DNA from: Actinomycetes bacterium
Lineage (GTDB): Bacteria > Actinomycetota > Acidimicrobiia > Acidimicrobiales > Aldehydirespiratoraceae
Reading direction: 5' to 3'
Assembly: GCA_024276355.1 (NCBI GenBank)
Contig: JAJRXJ010000177.1
Span: 7-64,006 of the forward strand
Length of the DNA: 64,000 nt
In this document: one piece after another, positions 28,701 to 39,806 of the stretch
Layout: each line of letters opens with the position of its first letter
Numbering within the stretch: the stretch's first letter is position 1
Program-made: the position numbers and the translations under genes
The notes under the pieces: generated by a model
Told to the model about the DNA's origin: nothing
The model's database searches: none
What the model saw: only the letters and a program-made list of their open reading frames with translations

Positions 28701-30390
28701 CGGCGGACGACTCAAAAAGGTTTCCCTCGGGTCCGAGCCTCGCATACAACGACGTGACCAGTTCCTCGCGAATGGCATCGAGCGGAGGGTTCGTCACCTG
28801 CGCGAACAGTTGCTGGAAGTAGTCGCCGAGCAATCTCGGGCGGCTTGACAGCACGGCGATCGGGGTGTCGGTGCCCATCGATCCCAGGGCTTCGTGGGCA
28901 TCCCGGGCCATGGGGGTGAGGATCAGCTTCTTTTCCTCGGTGGTGAATCCGAAGAGGCGCTCCTGCTCGAGAAGGTCGGATTCGGTACGTTCTCTTTCCG
29001 GGGGTTCCGGAAGATCGTCGATCTCGATCAGGTTCCGGTCGAGCCATTCGCGGTAGGGACGCGCCCCGGCGAGCCTGGACTTGATCTCGTCGTCGCGCAC
29101 GATCCGACCCTCGACGGTGTCGACCAGAAACATCCGGCCCGGCTGGAGGCGGCCCTTCTCCACGATCTTGCTCTGGTCGATCTCTATAACGCCAACCTCG
29201 CTGGCCATCACGACCACTCCCGCGTCGGTGACCCAATAGCGCGACGGGCGGAGGCCGTTGCGATCGAGCACGGCCCCGATGACCGTGCCGTCGGTGAAGG
29301 CAATCGATGCCGGCCCGTCCCAGGGCTCGAGCCTGGTGGCATTGAACCTGTAGAAGGCTCGGTGGCTGTCCGCCATGAGGGTGTGGTGCTCCCAGGGCTC
29401 CGGGATCATCATCATGACGGCTTCCTCGATCGGATATCCCCCGAGCACCAGAAGTTCGAGGGCCTCGTCGAAACCAGCGGTGTCGCTGGCACCCGGGGTG
29501 CAGATGGGAAACGCCCGATCAAGACCGGGGATGTGTGGGGTGGACAGGTTGGCCTCCCTTGCACGCATCCAGTTGCGGTTCCCCTTGATGGTGTTGATCT
29601 CGCCGTTGTGGGCAACCATCCGGTAGGGGTGGGCGAGCGGCCAGGACGGAAAGGTGTTGGTCGAGAACCGCGAGTGAACCAGGGCGATGGCGCTCTTCAC
29701 CCGGGCATCGAGAAGATCCGGGTAGAAGGCCGAAAGCTGCGGTGTGGTGAGCATCCCCTTGTAGACGATGGTGCGGCTGCTCAAGGACGGGAAATACACG
29801 CCTTCGTGGGCCGACGGCGAGCCACCCATCGATTGTGGTGGCTCGGTGGGTCGTTCGGCGACGCTGATTTCGTGGGCAATGCGCTTGCGGGCCACATAGA
29901 GCCGTCGGTCGAGATCGATCCCCGAGAGCGGGTCACAGGAGACGAAGATCTGGCGGAACGTGGGCATCGTCATCAAGGATCCGGCGCCGAGGATCGACTC
30001 GTCTATTGGCATGTCCCGCCAGCCGAGGACGAGCAACCCTTCCTCGTCGAGGATCACCTCGACCCTTTCTGCGCACTCCATGGCGTCCTCGGGTTCCTGG
30101 GGAAGAAAGGCGATGCCGGTGGCGTAGTGTCCGGCCTCGGGAAGGTCGAACGGCACGACGTCTCGATAGAACGCGTGGGGAATCTGAAGGAGAATTCCGG
30201 CCCCGTCACCGGTGTTGACATCGGCGCCCTTGGCCCCGCGGTGCTCCATGTTGCACAAGGCGCCGATTCCCATGGCCACGATGTCGTGGCTGGCTCGTCC
30301 GTGGATGTCGCACACGAAGTTGACGCCGCACGAATCGTGTTCGTTGGCGGGGTCGTAGAGCCCCTGCGGTCGGGGAAGGTTGGTGGGCAT
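25789..30390 (-). CDS. gltB: glutamate synthase large subunit
   Basis: The N-terminal amidotransferase '[14 protein letters not shown]' is followed by FMN and GXGXG domains ('[12 protein letters not shown]', 'GQLKTGRDV'). About 1533 aa run from ATG 30390, which is preceded by AGGAGG/AGGAG. The upstream ORF-track extension is rejected. Confidence 0.95.
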   Translation of the reverse strand: MPTNLPRPQGLYDPANEHDSCGVNFVCDIHGRASHDIVAMGIGALCNMEHRGAKGADVNTGDGAGILLQIPHAFYRDVVPFDLPEAGHYATGIAFLPQEPEDAMECAERVEVILDEEGLLVLGWRDMPIDESILGAGSLMTMPTFRQIFVSCDPLSGIDLDRRLYVARKRIAHEISVAERPTEPPQSMGGSPSAHEGVYFPSLSSRTIVYKGMLTTPQLSAFYPDLLDARVKSAIALVHSRFSTNTFPSWPLAHPYRMVAHNGEINTIKGNRNWMRAREANLSTPHIPGLDRAFPICTPGASDTAGFDEALELLVLGGYPIEEAVMMMIPEPWEHHTLMADSHRAFYRFNATRLEPWDGPASIAFTDGTVIGAVLDRNGLRPSRYWVTDAGVVVMASEVGVIEIDQSKIVEKGRLQPGRMFLVDTVEGRIVRDDEIKSRLAGARPYREWLDRNLIEIDDLPEPPERERTESDLLEQERLFGFTTEEKKLILTPMARDAHEALGSMGTDTPIAVLSSRPRLLGDYFQQLFAQVTNPPLDAIREELVTSLYARLGPEGNLFESSAESCRSIHLDTPIITDEQLAKLIRLDGSVDPAGFKTAVVPTLFDADGGGAALEEALDRIRDRVSTEIAGGANVIVLSDRVTDPTYAPVPSLLATAAVHHHLVANKTRARVGLVAECGDTRECHHLSLLLGYGANAINPYMAFAAIDDMAARGEHGLDTTLPSERYRANYMAAAGSGILKVMSKMGISTVASYTGAQIFEAIGISQEVIDSYFTGTASRLGGVGLDVIAAEVAARRSEAHPINPSALAHRTLEVGGEYQWRREGEYHLFNPETVYKLQHATRTRRYDIFKDYTNRVNHQSARLGTLRGLFRLRTEERPSVPLEDVESADSIIKRFSTGAMSYGSISREAHQTLAIAMNRLGAKSNTGEGGEDSDRFTPDANGDLRRSSIKQAASGRFGVTSEYLVNADDIQIKMAQGAKPGEGGHLPGHKVYPWIAQTRNSTPGVGLISPPPHHDIYSIEDLAQLIHDLKNANPRARIHVKLVAELGVGTVAAGVAKAHADVVLISGHDGGTGAAPLTSIKHAGAPWELGLAETQQTLLLNDLRDRIVVQTDGQLKTGRDVMIAALLGAEEFGFATAPLVVMGCVMMRVCHLDTCPVGIATQNPELRKNFTGSPEFVTTFFEFIAEEVRELMAELGFRRLDEAVGCVEALDVSGAVDHWKASGLDLAPILHLPEIAKEGRRHQHRQQDHNLEVALDQTLIQLAEGSIRDRRPVTIDIPVRNVNRTVGTMLGFEVTSRYGAEGLPTDTIVVNLTGSAGNSLGAFVPRGITLRLEGDANDYVGKGLSGGRIVVRPPASARFKAEENVIAGNVILYGATSGEAYFRGIVGERFCVRNSGAIAVVEGIGDHGCEYMTGGRAVILGPTGRNFAAGMSGGIAYVHDPHDQLSDRLNAEMVELEELSESDLEWLRDRVEKHRHETASEVAARILSDWGTTSREFVKVMPIDFKRVTEAAAAARASGTDETEAVMAASRG

Positions 30391-30549
30391 TGGTCTCCTG
30401 TTCCTCCTGGATGGCGCGCGCGGGCACGACCGCCAAGGAGCAGGGACGTCGTTGGCCCGGCTGCCAGAGCACCGAGATGATAGTCGATGGGTCTCGACCA
30501 TTTTCAAATCGACACCACACTTGGTGCTGGATCTAGTAGTCATGTCGTC

Positions 30550-31836
30550 ATGCCACCAACGGATTCGACATACGCCGATCAGTTGCTCCCGAGGTTCGAT
30601 CGGTCACCCACCCCGTATCACGCGGTTCGTGAGTGCGCCTCGGTGCTGTCAGATGCCGGGTTCGCACGGGTTGTCGAGACGGCCGCGTTCCCGATCGGGC
30701 CCGGTCGCTACTTTCTGGAACGTGGCGGGTCTCTCGCTGCTTGGGTCATCGGCCCGCGCACGGCGTCCACCACCGGGTTCCGTATCGTCGGTGCCCACAC
30801 GGACTCACCGAATCTCCGGGTAAAGCCCAACCCCGATGGGTCGGTGGCCGGTTGGAGTCAGCTGGGAGTCGATGTCTACGGCGGCGTGCTTCTCAATTCC
30901 TGGCTCGACCGTGATCTCGGTGTTGCTGGGCGAGTCGTTGTTGCCGACGGCAACGAGCTGTCGACTCGCCTGTTTCTGGACGATCGTCCCGTGCTGCGGA
31001 TACCGCAGCTGGCGATTCACCTTGATCGGGAGATATCCGACAAAGGCCTGCGACCCAACAGACAGTCACACATGAACCCCACTTGGGGCACGATCGGCGA
31101 ACCCGAGGCATTCACCCGATACCTAGCGACGATGGCCGACGTCGATCCCGATGCCGTGCTCGGTTTCGACGCGATGCTCTTCGACACCAACCACGCGGTC
31201 CTCGCAGGCCTTCACCGCGACCTCCTGGTTTCGTCGCGTATCGACAATCTGCTGTCGTGTTTCGTGGCGGTCGATGCACTGATCGATTCCGCCGAAGACC
31301 CCGGTGCCAGAATCCCCATGGTCTGTCTCTTCGACCATGAGGAGGTGGGCAGCGTGTCGGAGTCGGGCGCCGCGGGTCCACTTCTCGACACCGTGATCGG
31401 TCGCGTCGTCGCCTCTCTCGGCGGTTCGATCGACGATACTGCACGAGCGTTGGCCGACTCGATGGTGGTGTCGGCCGATGGGGCCCACGCCACCCACCCC
31501 AATTATCCCGACCGCCATGATCCCGCACACCGGATCGAAGTGAATGCCGGTCCGGTCCTTAAGATCAACGCCAACCAGCGTTACGCCACCAGCGCGGAGT
31601 CGGCCGCCGAGTTCAGGGCCTGCTGCGCGGATGTGGGGGTACCCGTGCAGACCTTCGTGAACCGCTCCGATCTTGCCTGTGGTTCCACCATAGGCCCGCT
31701 CACGTCGGGGCGTCTCGGCGTTCCGGTGGTTGATGCAGGGTGCGCCCAACTGGCCATGCACTCGGTCCGGGAAACCGCCGGAGCGCGCGACCCGCAGATG
31801 TTTCGTTCGGTGCTCACCCGGTTCATGTGCCGCTGA
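30550..31836 (+). CDS. M18 family aspartyl aminopeptidase
   Basis: 'PYHAV', '[14 protein letters not shown]', 'FDHEEVGS' and '[16 protein letters not shown]' are present. The start is ATG 30550. Confidence 0.85.
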   Translation: MPPTDSTYADQLLPRFDRSPTPYHAVRECASVLSDAGFARVVETAAFPIGPGRYFLERGGSLAAWVIGPRTASTTGFRIVGAHTDSPNLRVKPNPDGSVAGWSQLGVDVYGGVLLNSWLDRDLGVAGRVVVADGNELSTRLFLDDRPVLRIPQLAIHLDREISDKGLRPNRQSHMNPTWGTIGEPEAFTRYLATMADVDPDAVLGFDAMLFDTNHAVLAGLHRDLLVSSRIDNLLSCFVAVDALIDSAEDPGARIPMVCLFDHEEVGSVSESGAAGPLLDTVIGRVVASLGGSIDDTARALADSMVVSADGAHATHPNYPDRHDPAHRIEVNAGPVLKINANQRYATSAESAAEFRACCADVGVPVQTFVNRSDLACGSTIGPLTSGRLGVPVVDAGCAQLAMHSVRETAGARDPQMFRSVLTRFMCR

Positions 31837-31851
31837 CCCGGGCGGGGTCGG

Positions 31852-33414
31852 CTAACGGTGTCTCAGGCGGGACTCAGCGGCGCGCCACGGGCCGGCGAAC
31901 ATGAGCAGCATTGGAAGAATCTCAAGTCGACCGATGAGCATGAGCACGGCCAGCACGAGACGGGCCGGCTGGGTGAAGGCGTCGGCGAACGAAGCAGTCG
32001 GGCCGGCGTTGCCGAAAGCCGGCCCAACACCCCCCATGGCGGTGGCGACCGCACCGATCGATGCGTCAAGATCGCCTCCGAGCGCGGTGACCAGCCCGAC
32101 ACCGATCACCACGATCACAATGTAGAGCAGGAAGAATCCGGCCATGCCCGACACGATGTCCTCGGCAACCGCCAACTTGCCGTGGCGTACGGGGATCACT
32201 GCTCTTGGGTGTTGTGTGCGTCGGATAGCCCGCAGGGCGTGGCCCCACAGAACCTGAATCCGCATGACCTTGATACCACCGGCCGTTGACCCGGTGGATC
32301 CCCCGATGAGCATGGCGAACAACAGCAGCATCTGTGTCGAGGGAATCCACTTGACGTAGTCACCGGCACTCCCGACACCGGTGGCGTTCCCGAATCCGGT
32401 ACTCGTTCCGAGGGACACAACGTTGAAGGCCCCGACCCGTAGAGAGGTTGGGAAGCTGAATGCTCCGTCGGCCCAAAGCAGAACCGCGACAAGCAGGGAG
32501 AACCCCACCATGTATCCCATGTAGTTACGGAACTCGGAGTCCTTCACATGGGCTGAGAATTGACCATGGGCTGCCCGCCAGTGAAGAGAGAAGTTGGCCG
32601 CACCTATCAACATGCCGATGATGAGGACGGCCTCGACCAGCGGGCTGTTGAAATATCCGATTGAATCGGAATGTGGCGAGAAACCGCCGGTGGCAGCAGT
32701 GGTGAAGGCGTGGGCAACAGAGTCGTAGAGGGAAGGCCCGGGCACGATGAAAAGAGCAAGGGCGATCGCGAGGGTGTAGATGAAGTAGACGAGCCAAAGT
32801 CTCTTTGCGGTCTCGGAAACCCGCGGGGCCAGACGATCAGACGATGGCCCGGGAGCCTCGGCCTTTATGAGCCCCAAACCGCCCACTCCCAGGAACGGAA
32901 GGACGGCCACGGCCAGCACGACAACGCCCATTCCGCCGTACCACTGGGTGCCCTGCCGATACATGAGCATGCCACGTCCCGGCCTGGCGAAATCAAGCAG
33001 GACGGTCGACCCGGTACACGAGTAGCCCGACGCCGACTCGAAAATCGAGTTGACGACCTGCTCGACAAATCCCACGCCCGGGGTGGCGAAGGTTCCGGCG
33101 AAGACGTAAGGCAGCGCACCGAACAGGGTGATCATGACCCAGGTCCAACCGACCGCAGCGAAGATGTCCCTGGATCTCGCTGCTCCAACAGTGGTGCGCC
33201 ACCAGATGCCGCCACCGACAACGCCGCACACGGCTGCGGCGGCGAGGAGGGCGGTGGTGTCCCGATTCGTGGAGGCGAACTCGATCAAAGAGCTGAGAAC
33301 CATGCCCATGGACACCGATGTGAGCGCGATCCCCATGATGTGGAGCGGCGTGTTCCGGTATTTCCCGGGGCTTTCGAGGGCGATTTCGCTGTGGCGATGT
33401 TTAGTGCCGGTCAT
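31852..33414 (-). CDS. trkH: TrkH-family potassium uptake membrane subunit (paralog 2)
   Basis: The polytopic protein has TrkH/KtrB selectivity-like repeats ('GYSCTGST', 'ATGGFS', 'SLGTSTGF', 'GSTGSTAGGIKV'). ATG 33414 overlaps the upstream stop (ATGA). The 175-aa Arg-rich N-terminal extension in the ORF track is rejected. Confidence 0.85.
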   Translation of the reverse strand: MTGTKHRHSEIALESPGKYRNTPLHIMGIALTSVSMGMVLSSLIEFASTNRDTTALLAAAAVCGVVGGGIWWRTTVGAARSRDIFAAVGWTWVMITLFGALPYVFAGTFATPGVGFVEQVVNSIFESASGYSCTGSTVLLDFARPGRGMLMYRQGTQWYGGMGVVVLAVAVLPFLGVGGLGLIKAEAPGPSSDRLAPRVSETAKRLWLVYFIYTLAIALALFIVPGPSLYDSVAHAFTTAATGGFSPHSDSIGYFNSPLVEAVLIIGMLIGAANFSLHWRAAHGQFSAHVKDSEFRNYMGYMVGFSLLVAVLLWADGAFSFPTSLRVGAFNVVSLGTSTGFGNATGVGSAGDYVKWIPSTQMLLLFAMLIGGSTGSTAGGIKVMRIQVLWGHALRAIRRTQHPRAVIPVRHGKLAVAEDIVSGMAGFFLLYIVIVVIGVGLVTALGGDLDASIGAVATAMGGVGPAFGNAGPTASFADAFTQPARLVLAVLMLIGRLEILPMLLMFAGPWRAAESRLRHR

Positions 33415-34928
33415 TGCTGGACCGCCCTGAGCCGGCGGCGTACGGCGGCACCGACCGACTTCTTGGCCCCGCCGATGTGAACCAATCCGAGCAGAACCAC
33501 CAGAACGGACAGTCGGGCGGCGAGCATCATCGGGATCAGTGTGAGCCTGACCCATGGCTCCATGCCGGCGACGTTTCCGTAGCTTCCGATCCCCGGAGCG
33601 GGGCCGAACGATGACAACGTGCCGACCGCGATCCAGAGCGACTCGACCAGCCCGATTCCCGAGATCGAGATCACGAAAGCACCCGCGGCGCACACGAAGA
33701 TGTGGGCAATGTGGTATCCGGATATGCGATCGATGGAAGCCTCCTCGACCGGACGTCCGGAGTTCTTGATCACGGCCACCCTGTTGGGATCGAGTTGGAG
33801 TCGCAACTCGCGTAGAACCGACTTCATCAACGTGTGGACGCGCAACACCCGCAACCCTCCACCAGCCGATCCGGCCATGGATCCCATGGCGACAACGACC
33901 AGCAGGACCGCCAGGTAACTGTCGGGAAGGAGGGTCCATTGCCCGGCCGCGTAGCCGGTGGTGCTGACGGTGGAGGCAGCAGTGAAGGCAGCATCGGTGA
34001 TCGACAACGAGGACGCCGGAAACGCCAGAAGGCCAGTGGTGATCACCAGGACAGCCACGTAGATGCGCAGCTCACTACTGCGCCTCAGGGGTTTCAGCCG
34101 TCCGCGCAGCGCCCACCAGATCACCGAGAAACTCGACCCGGCGATGATCATTCCGATCGTGGACACGACCCTCGTGGCGGTGCCGAATCCGGCGAACGAG
34201 TCGGCGCGAGAAGAAAACCCACCGGTGGAGACGGTGGTGAGACCATGGACCGCCGCATCGACCGGCGACAGACCGGTGGCCAGATAGGCGACGATCATCG
34301 CGACGGTGAAACCGCCGTAGACCCGCATGATCAGGAGGCGCCCCCGGGTGGGCCTGGTGACCAGCCGCGACTCGTCGGTTGCGATGGCTCGACCGAGCAG
34401 AGATGACGACCGGAGGGCCTGGGGAAGGGCGATCACCCCGATCAGCAGCCCCAGAAGCCCACCCATCCATTGCGTGGACGCTCGCCAGACCTGCATGGCC
34501 GACCCGAGCTCGGACGGATCGAGTGTGGTGATGGCGGTCGTGCTGAAACCAGACGCCGATTCCAACAGGGCAGCATCAACGGAGGTGATCGTGCCGGTGG
34601 CGAGATAGAGGGCCATCCCGGCAATCACCATGCTGACCCAAGCCGCCACCAGACTCGACAGGACCCGGGTGGTCGGGGGGCGAACGGCACGCTCGAACGA
34701 CTTGTGACCCAGGGCCCCGATTGCCAGCCACGAGCCGGCAAAGGCAAGCATGATCATGGTCTCGCGGAGGTTGCCGGTGATTCCGACCAACGCAGCAACA
34801 GCAGTGACCGCGCCGAACACCATGAGCGACTCGGTGACGGCGAGACGCACGAACGACTGACGCTTTACACCTCGGAGCGGCTCGAGCGCCTCGGAGGTGG
34901 TCCACGCCGGGAGACGCTGCGCGGTCAC
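33411..34928 (-). CDS. TrkH-family potassium uptake membrane subunit (paralog 1, more divergent)
   Basis: The polytopic protein has 'SASGFSTTAIT', 'VSTGGFS', 'VSTTGY' and 'GSAGGGLRVLR' P-loop-like repeats. The GTG start overlaps the trkA stop. Confidence 0.8.
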   Translation of the reverse strand: MTAQRLPAWTTSEALEPLRGVKRQSFVRLAVTESLMVFGAVTAVAALVGITGNLRETMIMLAFAGSWLAIGALGHKSFERAVRPPTTRVLSSLVAAWVSMVIAGMALYLATGTITSVDAALLESASGFSTTAITTLDPSELGSAMQVWRASTQWMGGLLGLLIGVIALPQALRSSSLLGRAIATDESRLVTRPTRGRLLIMRVYGGFTVAMIVAYLATGLSPVDAAVHGLTTVSTGGFSSRADSFAGFGTATRVVSTIGMIIAGSSFSVIWWALRGRLKPLRRSSELRIYVAVLVITTGLLAFPASSLSITDAAFTAASTVSTTGYAAGQWTLLPDSYLAVLLVVVAMGSMAGSAGGGLRVLRVHTLMKSVLRELRLQLDPNRVAVIKNSGRPVEEASIDRISGYHIAHIFVCAAGAFVISISGIGLVESLWIAVGTLSSFGPAPGIGSYGNVAGMEPWVRLTLIPMMLAARLSVLVVLLGLVHIGGAKKSVGAAVRRRLRAVQQ

Positions 34929-36268
34929 CCTAGAAGTCGCCGAACCTCGTCGACCGCCTCAGGCATGGCTATGACCACGACGTGGTCACGACCACGCAGG
35001 CGGCTGCGTCCGCGGCCGATCTGGGCCTTGCCGTCTCTCACGATGGCGGCAATGATCACATTTCGGGGAAGACCGAGATCCTTCACGAGGGTGCCGTCGG
35101 CGGGGCTGTCGACGGCCACCTCGAGTTCGATGACCTCGGTCTCGCCGTGGAGGAAGGTCGCGACCTTGGCCACGCCTCCGCGCACGAAGCGGAGCACACC
35201 GTTGGCGGTCGCCGTTCGTGGGGACAGCGCGACATCGATGCCAACCTCCTTGAGGAGGTTGAGCAGCGCCAAACGATGAACCACCGCAATTGTCTCACGG
35301 GCCCCGCCCGATTTTGCGTAGAGACACGCAAGAATGTTGGCATCGTCCTCGGCGGTCATGGCCACCACCGCATCGAAGCGCCCCACATCTGCCTGCTCGA
35401 GAAGCGTGGCATCGGTGACGTCGCCTTCGAGAATCATCGCATCGTCGAGGCTCTCGGCGAGTTCACGGGCCCGGTCATGGTCACGTTCGATGATCACCAC
35501 ACGGACACCTCTCGATGCCAATCTGGTGGCCAGCAACTCGGCGGTATGACCACCGCCCAACAGCATCACCTTGCGGGTTGCCCCCCGCGATATTCCGAGC
35601 AGATCGACAACGAGCCGCCTTGCCCGCCGCTTCAGAACAACCCGAAGATGGTCGTCGACCAGAAGCTGGTGATCACGACGGGGGATGATGGTCTCCTCGC
35701 CACGTCCGATCGAACCAACCATGAAATCCCAGTCTGGCTCGAACTCCTCGGCGATCTCGGCGAGGGTCCGATTGACCAGAGGGGAGTGGGCCGGAAGACG
35801 GGCACCGATCACCACGACCTCGCCCTCCGCCATGAGCGTGACCTCGTCGGCGCCCGGATAGTCGAGCAGTTCAAGTATCTCGTTGGCGGTCTCGGCGTCG
35901 GGGTCGATGAACAGGTCGCCACCGGACTGACGCCGGATCTGATCGGCATCGCGGCCTCGAAGCTCCGGGGCCTCGATCCGCACGATGGTACGCTCGACCC
36001 CCATTGATTTGGCCAGCATCGACGACACTATGTTGGCGGCATCGTCGCTGGTCACAGCCAGGAGAATGTCGGTGTGTTCCACTCCGGCCCGCTCCAGCGC
36101 CTCGGGGTGGGTGCCGCTTCCCAGGATCGCAAGGACATCGAGCTCCTCGTCGATGGTGCGCAACGTGGCCGGATCGCGTTCGACAACGGCAACGTCGTGC
36201 CCCTCCCTGCTGAGTCGCTCGGCCACGTACGAACCGACCTCTCCTGCCCCCACGACGATGACATGCAC
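34925..36268 (-). CDS. trkA: Trk system NAD-binding subunit
   Basis: It has two Rossmann (RCK_N) repeats, 'MHVIVVGAGEVGSYVAERL' and 'VMLLGGGHTAELLATRL', each followed by an RCK_C region. The protein is 447 aa. Confidence 0.9.
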   Translation of the reverse strand: MHVIVVGAGEVGSYVAERLSREGHDVAVVERDPATLRTIDEELDVLAILGSGTHPEALERAGVEHTDILLAVTSDDAANIVSSMLAKSMGVERTIVRIEAPELRGRDADQIRRQSGGDLFIDPDAETANEILELLDYPGADEVTLMAEGEVVVIGARLPAHSPLVNRTLAEIAEEFEPDWDFMVGSIGRGEETIIPRRDHQLLVDDHLRVVLKRRARRLVVDLLGISRGATRKVMLLGGGHTAELLATRLASRGVRVVIIERDHDRARELAESLDDAMILEGDVTDATLLEQADVGRFDAVVAMTAEDDANILACLYAKSGGARETIAVVHRLALLNLLKEVGIDVALSPRTATANGVLRFVRGGVAKVATFLHGETEVIELEVAVDSPADGTLVKDLGLPRNVIIAAIVRDGKAQIGRGRSRLRGRDHVVVIAMPEAVDEVRRLLG

Positions 36269-36308
36269 GGCTTTGTTCTATCCCCTCTGGAGGCGATGCG
36301 CGCCCATG

Positions 36309-36908
36309 TCAGATCATCGGATCGAGACAGCCGGGTGTGAACTCGATCACGGACTCCTCGGTGACCACTGCATCAAGGGGAACATCCCAGGGTTCGACCG
36401 GAACGGACTCCACCTGTTGGAAGGCGTGGGCGATCCCGATCATCACCGGTCGAGAACCCGCCCGTGAGGCCATCGCACGGTCGTAGAACCCGCCTCCCTG
36501 GCCCAGACGATGGCCGGACGCGTCGAACGCAACGAGGGGCGCGAGAACGACGTCGTGGTTGGACAGAGGGCGGGGGTGCCCGTCGGCCGGCTCGGGAATA
36601 CCGAACGGTCCCTCGAACGTGACACCCTCCATGTCCCATGGGAGGAACTCCAGGTATTCGCCCACGACACGGGGAACGGTGACAATCGTGTGGTCGCTGG
36701 CTATGAGGGCCATGGCGCCGTCGATGTTGACCTCTCCTCTCACGGCACGATAGCCAGCCAACAAGGCCGCTTGTCGTATCACCGGGAGTCGGGCCAAACG
36801 TGCGATGACAGCCATCGATGCGGCGTCCTGGTCGTCGGCATCGAGGGCGGCGCGGCGAGCCCGCAACACCAAACGCATGGCGCGGCGCTGTTCGGCACTT
36901 TGGGTCAT
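36309..36908 (-). CDS. 5-formyltetrahydrofolate cyclo-ligase
   Basis: '[26 protein letters not shown]' is the conserved C-terminal MTHFS motif. The protein is 199 aa. Confidence 0.8.
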   Translation of the reverse strand: MTQSAEQRRAMRLVLRARRAALDADDQDAASMAVIARLARLPVIRQAALLAGYRAVRGEVNIDGAMALIASDHTIVTVPRVVGEYLEFLPWDMEGVTFEGPFGIPEPADGHPRPLSNHDVVLAPLVAFDASGHRLGQGGGFYDRAMASRAGSRPVMIGIAHAFQQVESVPVEPWDVPLDAVVTEESVIEFTPGCLDPMI

Positions 36909-36931
36909 CGGGTCACGCTACCAACACACGC

Positions 36932-36961
36932 GAGAAGGGGACCCCGAGGGGCCCCCTTCTC
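36932..36961 (-). terminator. GC-rich hairpin downstream of hppA
   Basis: GAGAAGGGG-ACCCC GA GGGG-CCCCCTTCTC is an imperfect ~13-bp stem located 39 nt after the hppA stop. The U-tail is weak, as is common in high-GC genomes. Confidence 0.5.
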
Positions 36962-36999
36962 CCTTACCGCCCGCTTGGCGGATCGGAAACTCGCTCTTG

Positions 37000-39165
37000 T
37001 CAGACGAACGCCGAGGCGAAGACCAGGGAGACGATGGTCATCACCTTGATGAGAATGTTCATGGCCGGGCCCGAGGTGTCCTTGAAGGGGTCGCCGACAG
37101 TGTCGCCGACCACGGCCGCCTTGTGGCTCTCGGAACCCTTGCCTCCGAGCGCTCCCGCCTCTATGTACTTCTTGGCATTGTCCCAGGCGCCGCCGGAGTT
37201 GGCCATGAAGATGGCCAGGCAGAATCCGGTGACGAGTGCGCCGGCAAGGAACCCGCCGAGGGCGTTGACGCTGATGAAGCCGATCACCAAGGGGACGACC
37301 ACGGCCAGAGCGCCGGGAATCACCATCTCCTTGAGAGAGGCCTTCGTGGAGATGGCCACGCAGCGGGCCGAGTCGGGGATGACACCCTCCTTGCCTTCGC
37401 GAAGCCCGGGGATCTCGCGGAACTGCCGCCGGACCTCTTCGATCATTTCCTGGGCGGCGCGTCCGACGGCGTCGATCGTGAGAGCGGCGAACAGGAACGG
37501 CAGCATGGCGCCGAGGAACAGGCCGATGAAGACGCTCACCTCACCAATGTTGAGGTTGAGGGTGCCACCGGCGTCGGAGATGGCGAACTCGAAGCTCTTG
37601 AACAGGGCGAGGGCGGTGAGTGCGGCGGAGCCGACAGCGAAGCCCTTGGCCACCGCTGCGGTGGTGTTGCCCAGCGAGTCGAGGGCGTCGGTCACCTCAC
37701 GGACTGACGGGTCGAGCTCGGCCATCTCGGCGATACCACCGGCGTTGTCCGCGATGGGACCGTAGGCGTCGACCGACACGACCACACCGGTGGTGGCGAG
37801 CATTCCGATCGCTGCCACGGCGATGCCGTAGATACCGCCGAAGTTACCGACCGTGTCGCCGAGGGCGTATTCGCCGCCCCAATAGGCGACGCCGATACCC
37901 ACGGCGAGCAGCGTGACCGATGCCGCCACCGAGATCATGCCCGCCGAGATGCCACCGAGGATCGTGGTGGCCGGGCCGGTCTTGGTCTGGTCGGCGATCT
38001 TCTTCACCGGACCGAAGTGATCGGAGGTGTAGTACTCGGCAGTCTTGCCGAGAGCCCAGCCGACGACGAGGCCACCGATGACAGAAACGGCGAAGCCGAT
38101 CGGGTGTTCGAAGAGCGTGCTGTCGTTGAAGATCCAGAACGCTCCGAGGATGGTGCCCACCCCGGTGAGGCCCATGGCCACGTTGGTGCCCATGTGGAGG
38201 GCACGGCTGAGTGCACCGGAGTCGGTGGAGTCGCCACCCTTGACGAAGAACGAACCGAGGATCGAGGCAACCATACCGATGAGGGCAATGAACATCGGGA
38301 AGACCATGAAGGGCAGAACGTTGGCGTCGCCCGCCTGGGAGGCAGCCAGACCACCGGCGAAGGCGACCAGTGCGATCGGGGCGATGATCGAGCCGACGTA
38401 GGACTCGAAGAGGTCGGCGCCCATACCGGCGACATCGCCGACGTTGTCGCCGACGTTGTCGGCGATGGTCGCCGGGTTGCGGGGGTCGTCCTCGGGGATG
38501 CCGGCCTCGACCTTGCCAACGAGGTCGGCACCGACATCGGCGGCCTTGGTAAAGATGCCGCCGCCAACACGGGAGAACAGGGCGATGGAGGAAGCACCCA
38601 GGCCGTAGGCGGTGACGACCTCGAAGGCCTGATCGACTTCGATCCACTTGACGAAGACGATGTAGACCATCATCAGACCCATGAGGGCCAGACCGGCCAC
38701 GGAGAAGCCCATGACGGCACCGCCCCGGAAAGCCACCGGCAAGGCCTTGGCCGGCCCTTCCTTGGCAGCTTCGGTTGTGCGGGCGTTGGCCATCGTGGCC
38801 ACGGTCATTCCGACGTAGCCGGCGCTTGCCGACAGGAATGCGCCGAACACGTAGGTGAGTGCTGCCGGCGGGGTGATCAGCACGCCGATGAGAATGGCCA
38901 TCACCACCACGAATCCGGAGACCCAGGTGTATTCCTGCTTCAGGAAGGCCCGGGCTCCCTTCTGGATCTCGGTCATCAGGAAGACCATGCGGTCATTTCC
39001 CGGTGAGGCGGATTCAACTACCTTGTAGTAATACGCGGCCAAGCCAAGTGCGGCCAATGCCGACACAAGTGCCAGATACGGTACGGCGTCCACTGTTGCT
39101 CCTGAAGTCGCTTCGTTGCGAATCGTTTGCCGGCGAACGGTTTGCCGCCGGGTCGGGGCGTTCAT
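37000..39165 (-). CDS. hppA: membrane-bound proton-translocating pyrophosphatase
   Basis: '[19 protein letters not shown]', '[21 protein letters not shown]', '[18 protein letters not shown]' and about 16 TM helices are present. The start is ATG 39165. Confidence 0.95.
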   Translation of the reverse strand: MNAPTRRQTVRRQTIRNEATSGATVDAVPYLALVSALAALGLAAYYYKVVESASPGNDRMVFLMTEIQKGARAFLKQEYTWVSGFVVVMAILIGVLITPPAALTYVFGAFLSASAGYVGMTVATMANARTTEAAKEGPAKALPVAFRGGAVMGFSVAGLALMGLMMVYIVFVKWIEVDQAFEVVTAYGLGASSIALFSRVGGGIFTKAADVGADLVGKVEAGIPEDDPRNPATIADNVGDNVGDVAGMGADLFESYVGSIIAPIALVAFAGGLAASQAGDANVLPFMVFPMFIALIGMVASILGSFFVKGGDSTDSGALSRALHMGTNVAMGLTGVGTILGAFWIFNDSTLFEHPIGFAVSVIGGLVVGWALGKTAEYYTSDHFGPVKKIADQTKTGPATTILGGISAGMISVAASVTLLAVGIGVAYWGGEYALGDTVGNFGGIYGIAVAAIGMLATTGVVVSVDAYGPIADNAGGIAEMAELDPSVREVTDALDSLGNTTAAVAKGFAVGSAALTALALFKSFEFAISDAGGTLNLNIGEVSVFIGLFLGAMLPFLFAALTIDAVGRAAQEMIEEVRRQFREIPGLREGKEGVIPDSARCVAISTKASLKEMVIPGALAVVVPLVIGFISVNALGGFLAGALVTGFCLAIFMANSGGAWDNAKKYIEAGALGGKGSESHKAAVVGDTVGDPFKDTSGPAMNILIKVMTIVSLVFASAFV

Positions 39166-39244
39166 GGGCCGCGCGCGTTTGAGCGGCGGCCCGGAACGCC
39201 GACACGATACAGACCGCGCGCCCGTGGTACACGCATCCGGGGGC

Positions 39245-39781
39245 TCAGGCTTGGTGAACACCCTGTCGACGGCGGCGACCACCAACAACGAGTCGGAAGC
39301 CCATCCCGATCATCGTGGCGGCCGCGATGATCTCCCACAGGAGTGATCCGCGTGGACCGGTGTAGGACAATTCGTCGCCGTCGACATCGGTTCCGGGTGG
39401 GGCCGAGGTGCTGGTTTCGGTGGTGCCACCAACGGTTGGCAACGATGTGGTGGAGGGAGCCTCGACGGTGGTGCCGGTCTTGACGACCAGGCTGAGCGTC
39501 TGGGAGTGATGGGCAACGGTGACCGATGGAAGCGTTGCCAGCGGAGGCCCGACGTTGGTGACCGCTATTCGGGGCTCGATGTCGTCGGTTTCCTCGGCCC
39601 GCATGACCCGGGGGACAAATGATGCCGACTCGTGGGCCCGCACGAGAATGCGCGGTTGGTCGAGTATGCGAACCTCGGTGCGTGCGGCCGCGCTGGCCGC
39701 GAAGGACACGCTCACGAGCGCGGCCCACACGGCCAGCGTCACGGTCCGGCCCCAGTGGGGTCGGCTGCCGCTGATGGTCAT
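39245..39781 (-). CDS. small secreted protein with C-terminal sortase-type sorting signal (LSYTG)
   Basis: The signal peptide is 'TVTLAVWAALVSVSFAASAAA'. The C-terminus is 'LSYTG' (39356-39370), then the hydrophobic 'SLLWEIIAAATMIGMGF', then 'GGRRRRQG'. The gene lies directly downstream of the LAFTG protein gene. Confidence 0.55.
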   Translation of the reverse strand: MTISGSRPHWGRTVTLAVWAALVSVSFAASAAARTEVRILDQPRILVRAHESASFVPRVMRAEETDDIEPRIAVTNVGPPLATLPSVTVAHHSQTLSLVVKTGTTVEAPSTTSLPTVGGTTETSTSAPPGTDVDGDELSYTGPRGSLLWEIIAAATMIGMGFRLVVGGRRRRQGVHQA

Positions 39782-39806
39782 TGGCTTGGTGAGCCCCGGT
39801 ACCCGA

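Noticed and set aside
27535-30480. Two long plus-strand ORFs (27535-28848 and 28894-30480), plus others, antisense to gltB
   Set aside because: gltB on the minus strand is unambiguous over its whole length. The antisense ORFs have no motifs or SD and show the Gly/Arg/Val/Asp bias expected from reading a GC3-rich gene backwards.
33415-33939. 175-aa N-terminal extension of the TrkH ORF (ORF track 31852-33939)
   Set aside because: The extension is Arg/Gly-rich and lies entirely inside the upstream trkH-like gene in another frame. The internal ATG 33414 gives a canonical ATGA overlap and a normal TrkH N-terminus.
37844-39006. Multiple 200-330-aa ORFs in other frames and on the other strand within hppA
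   Set aside because: hppA motifs are continuous in the chosen frame. The alternatives are Arg/Pro/Gly-rich or His/Asp/Gly-rich low-complexity translations.
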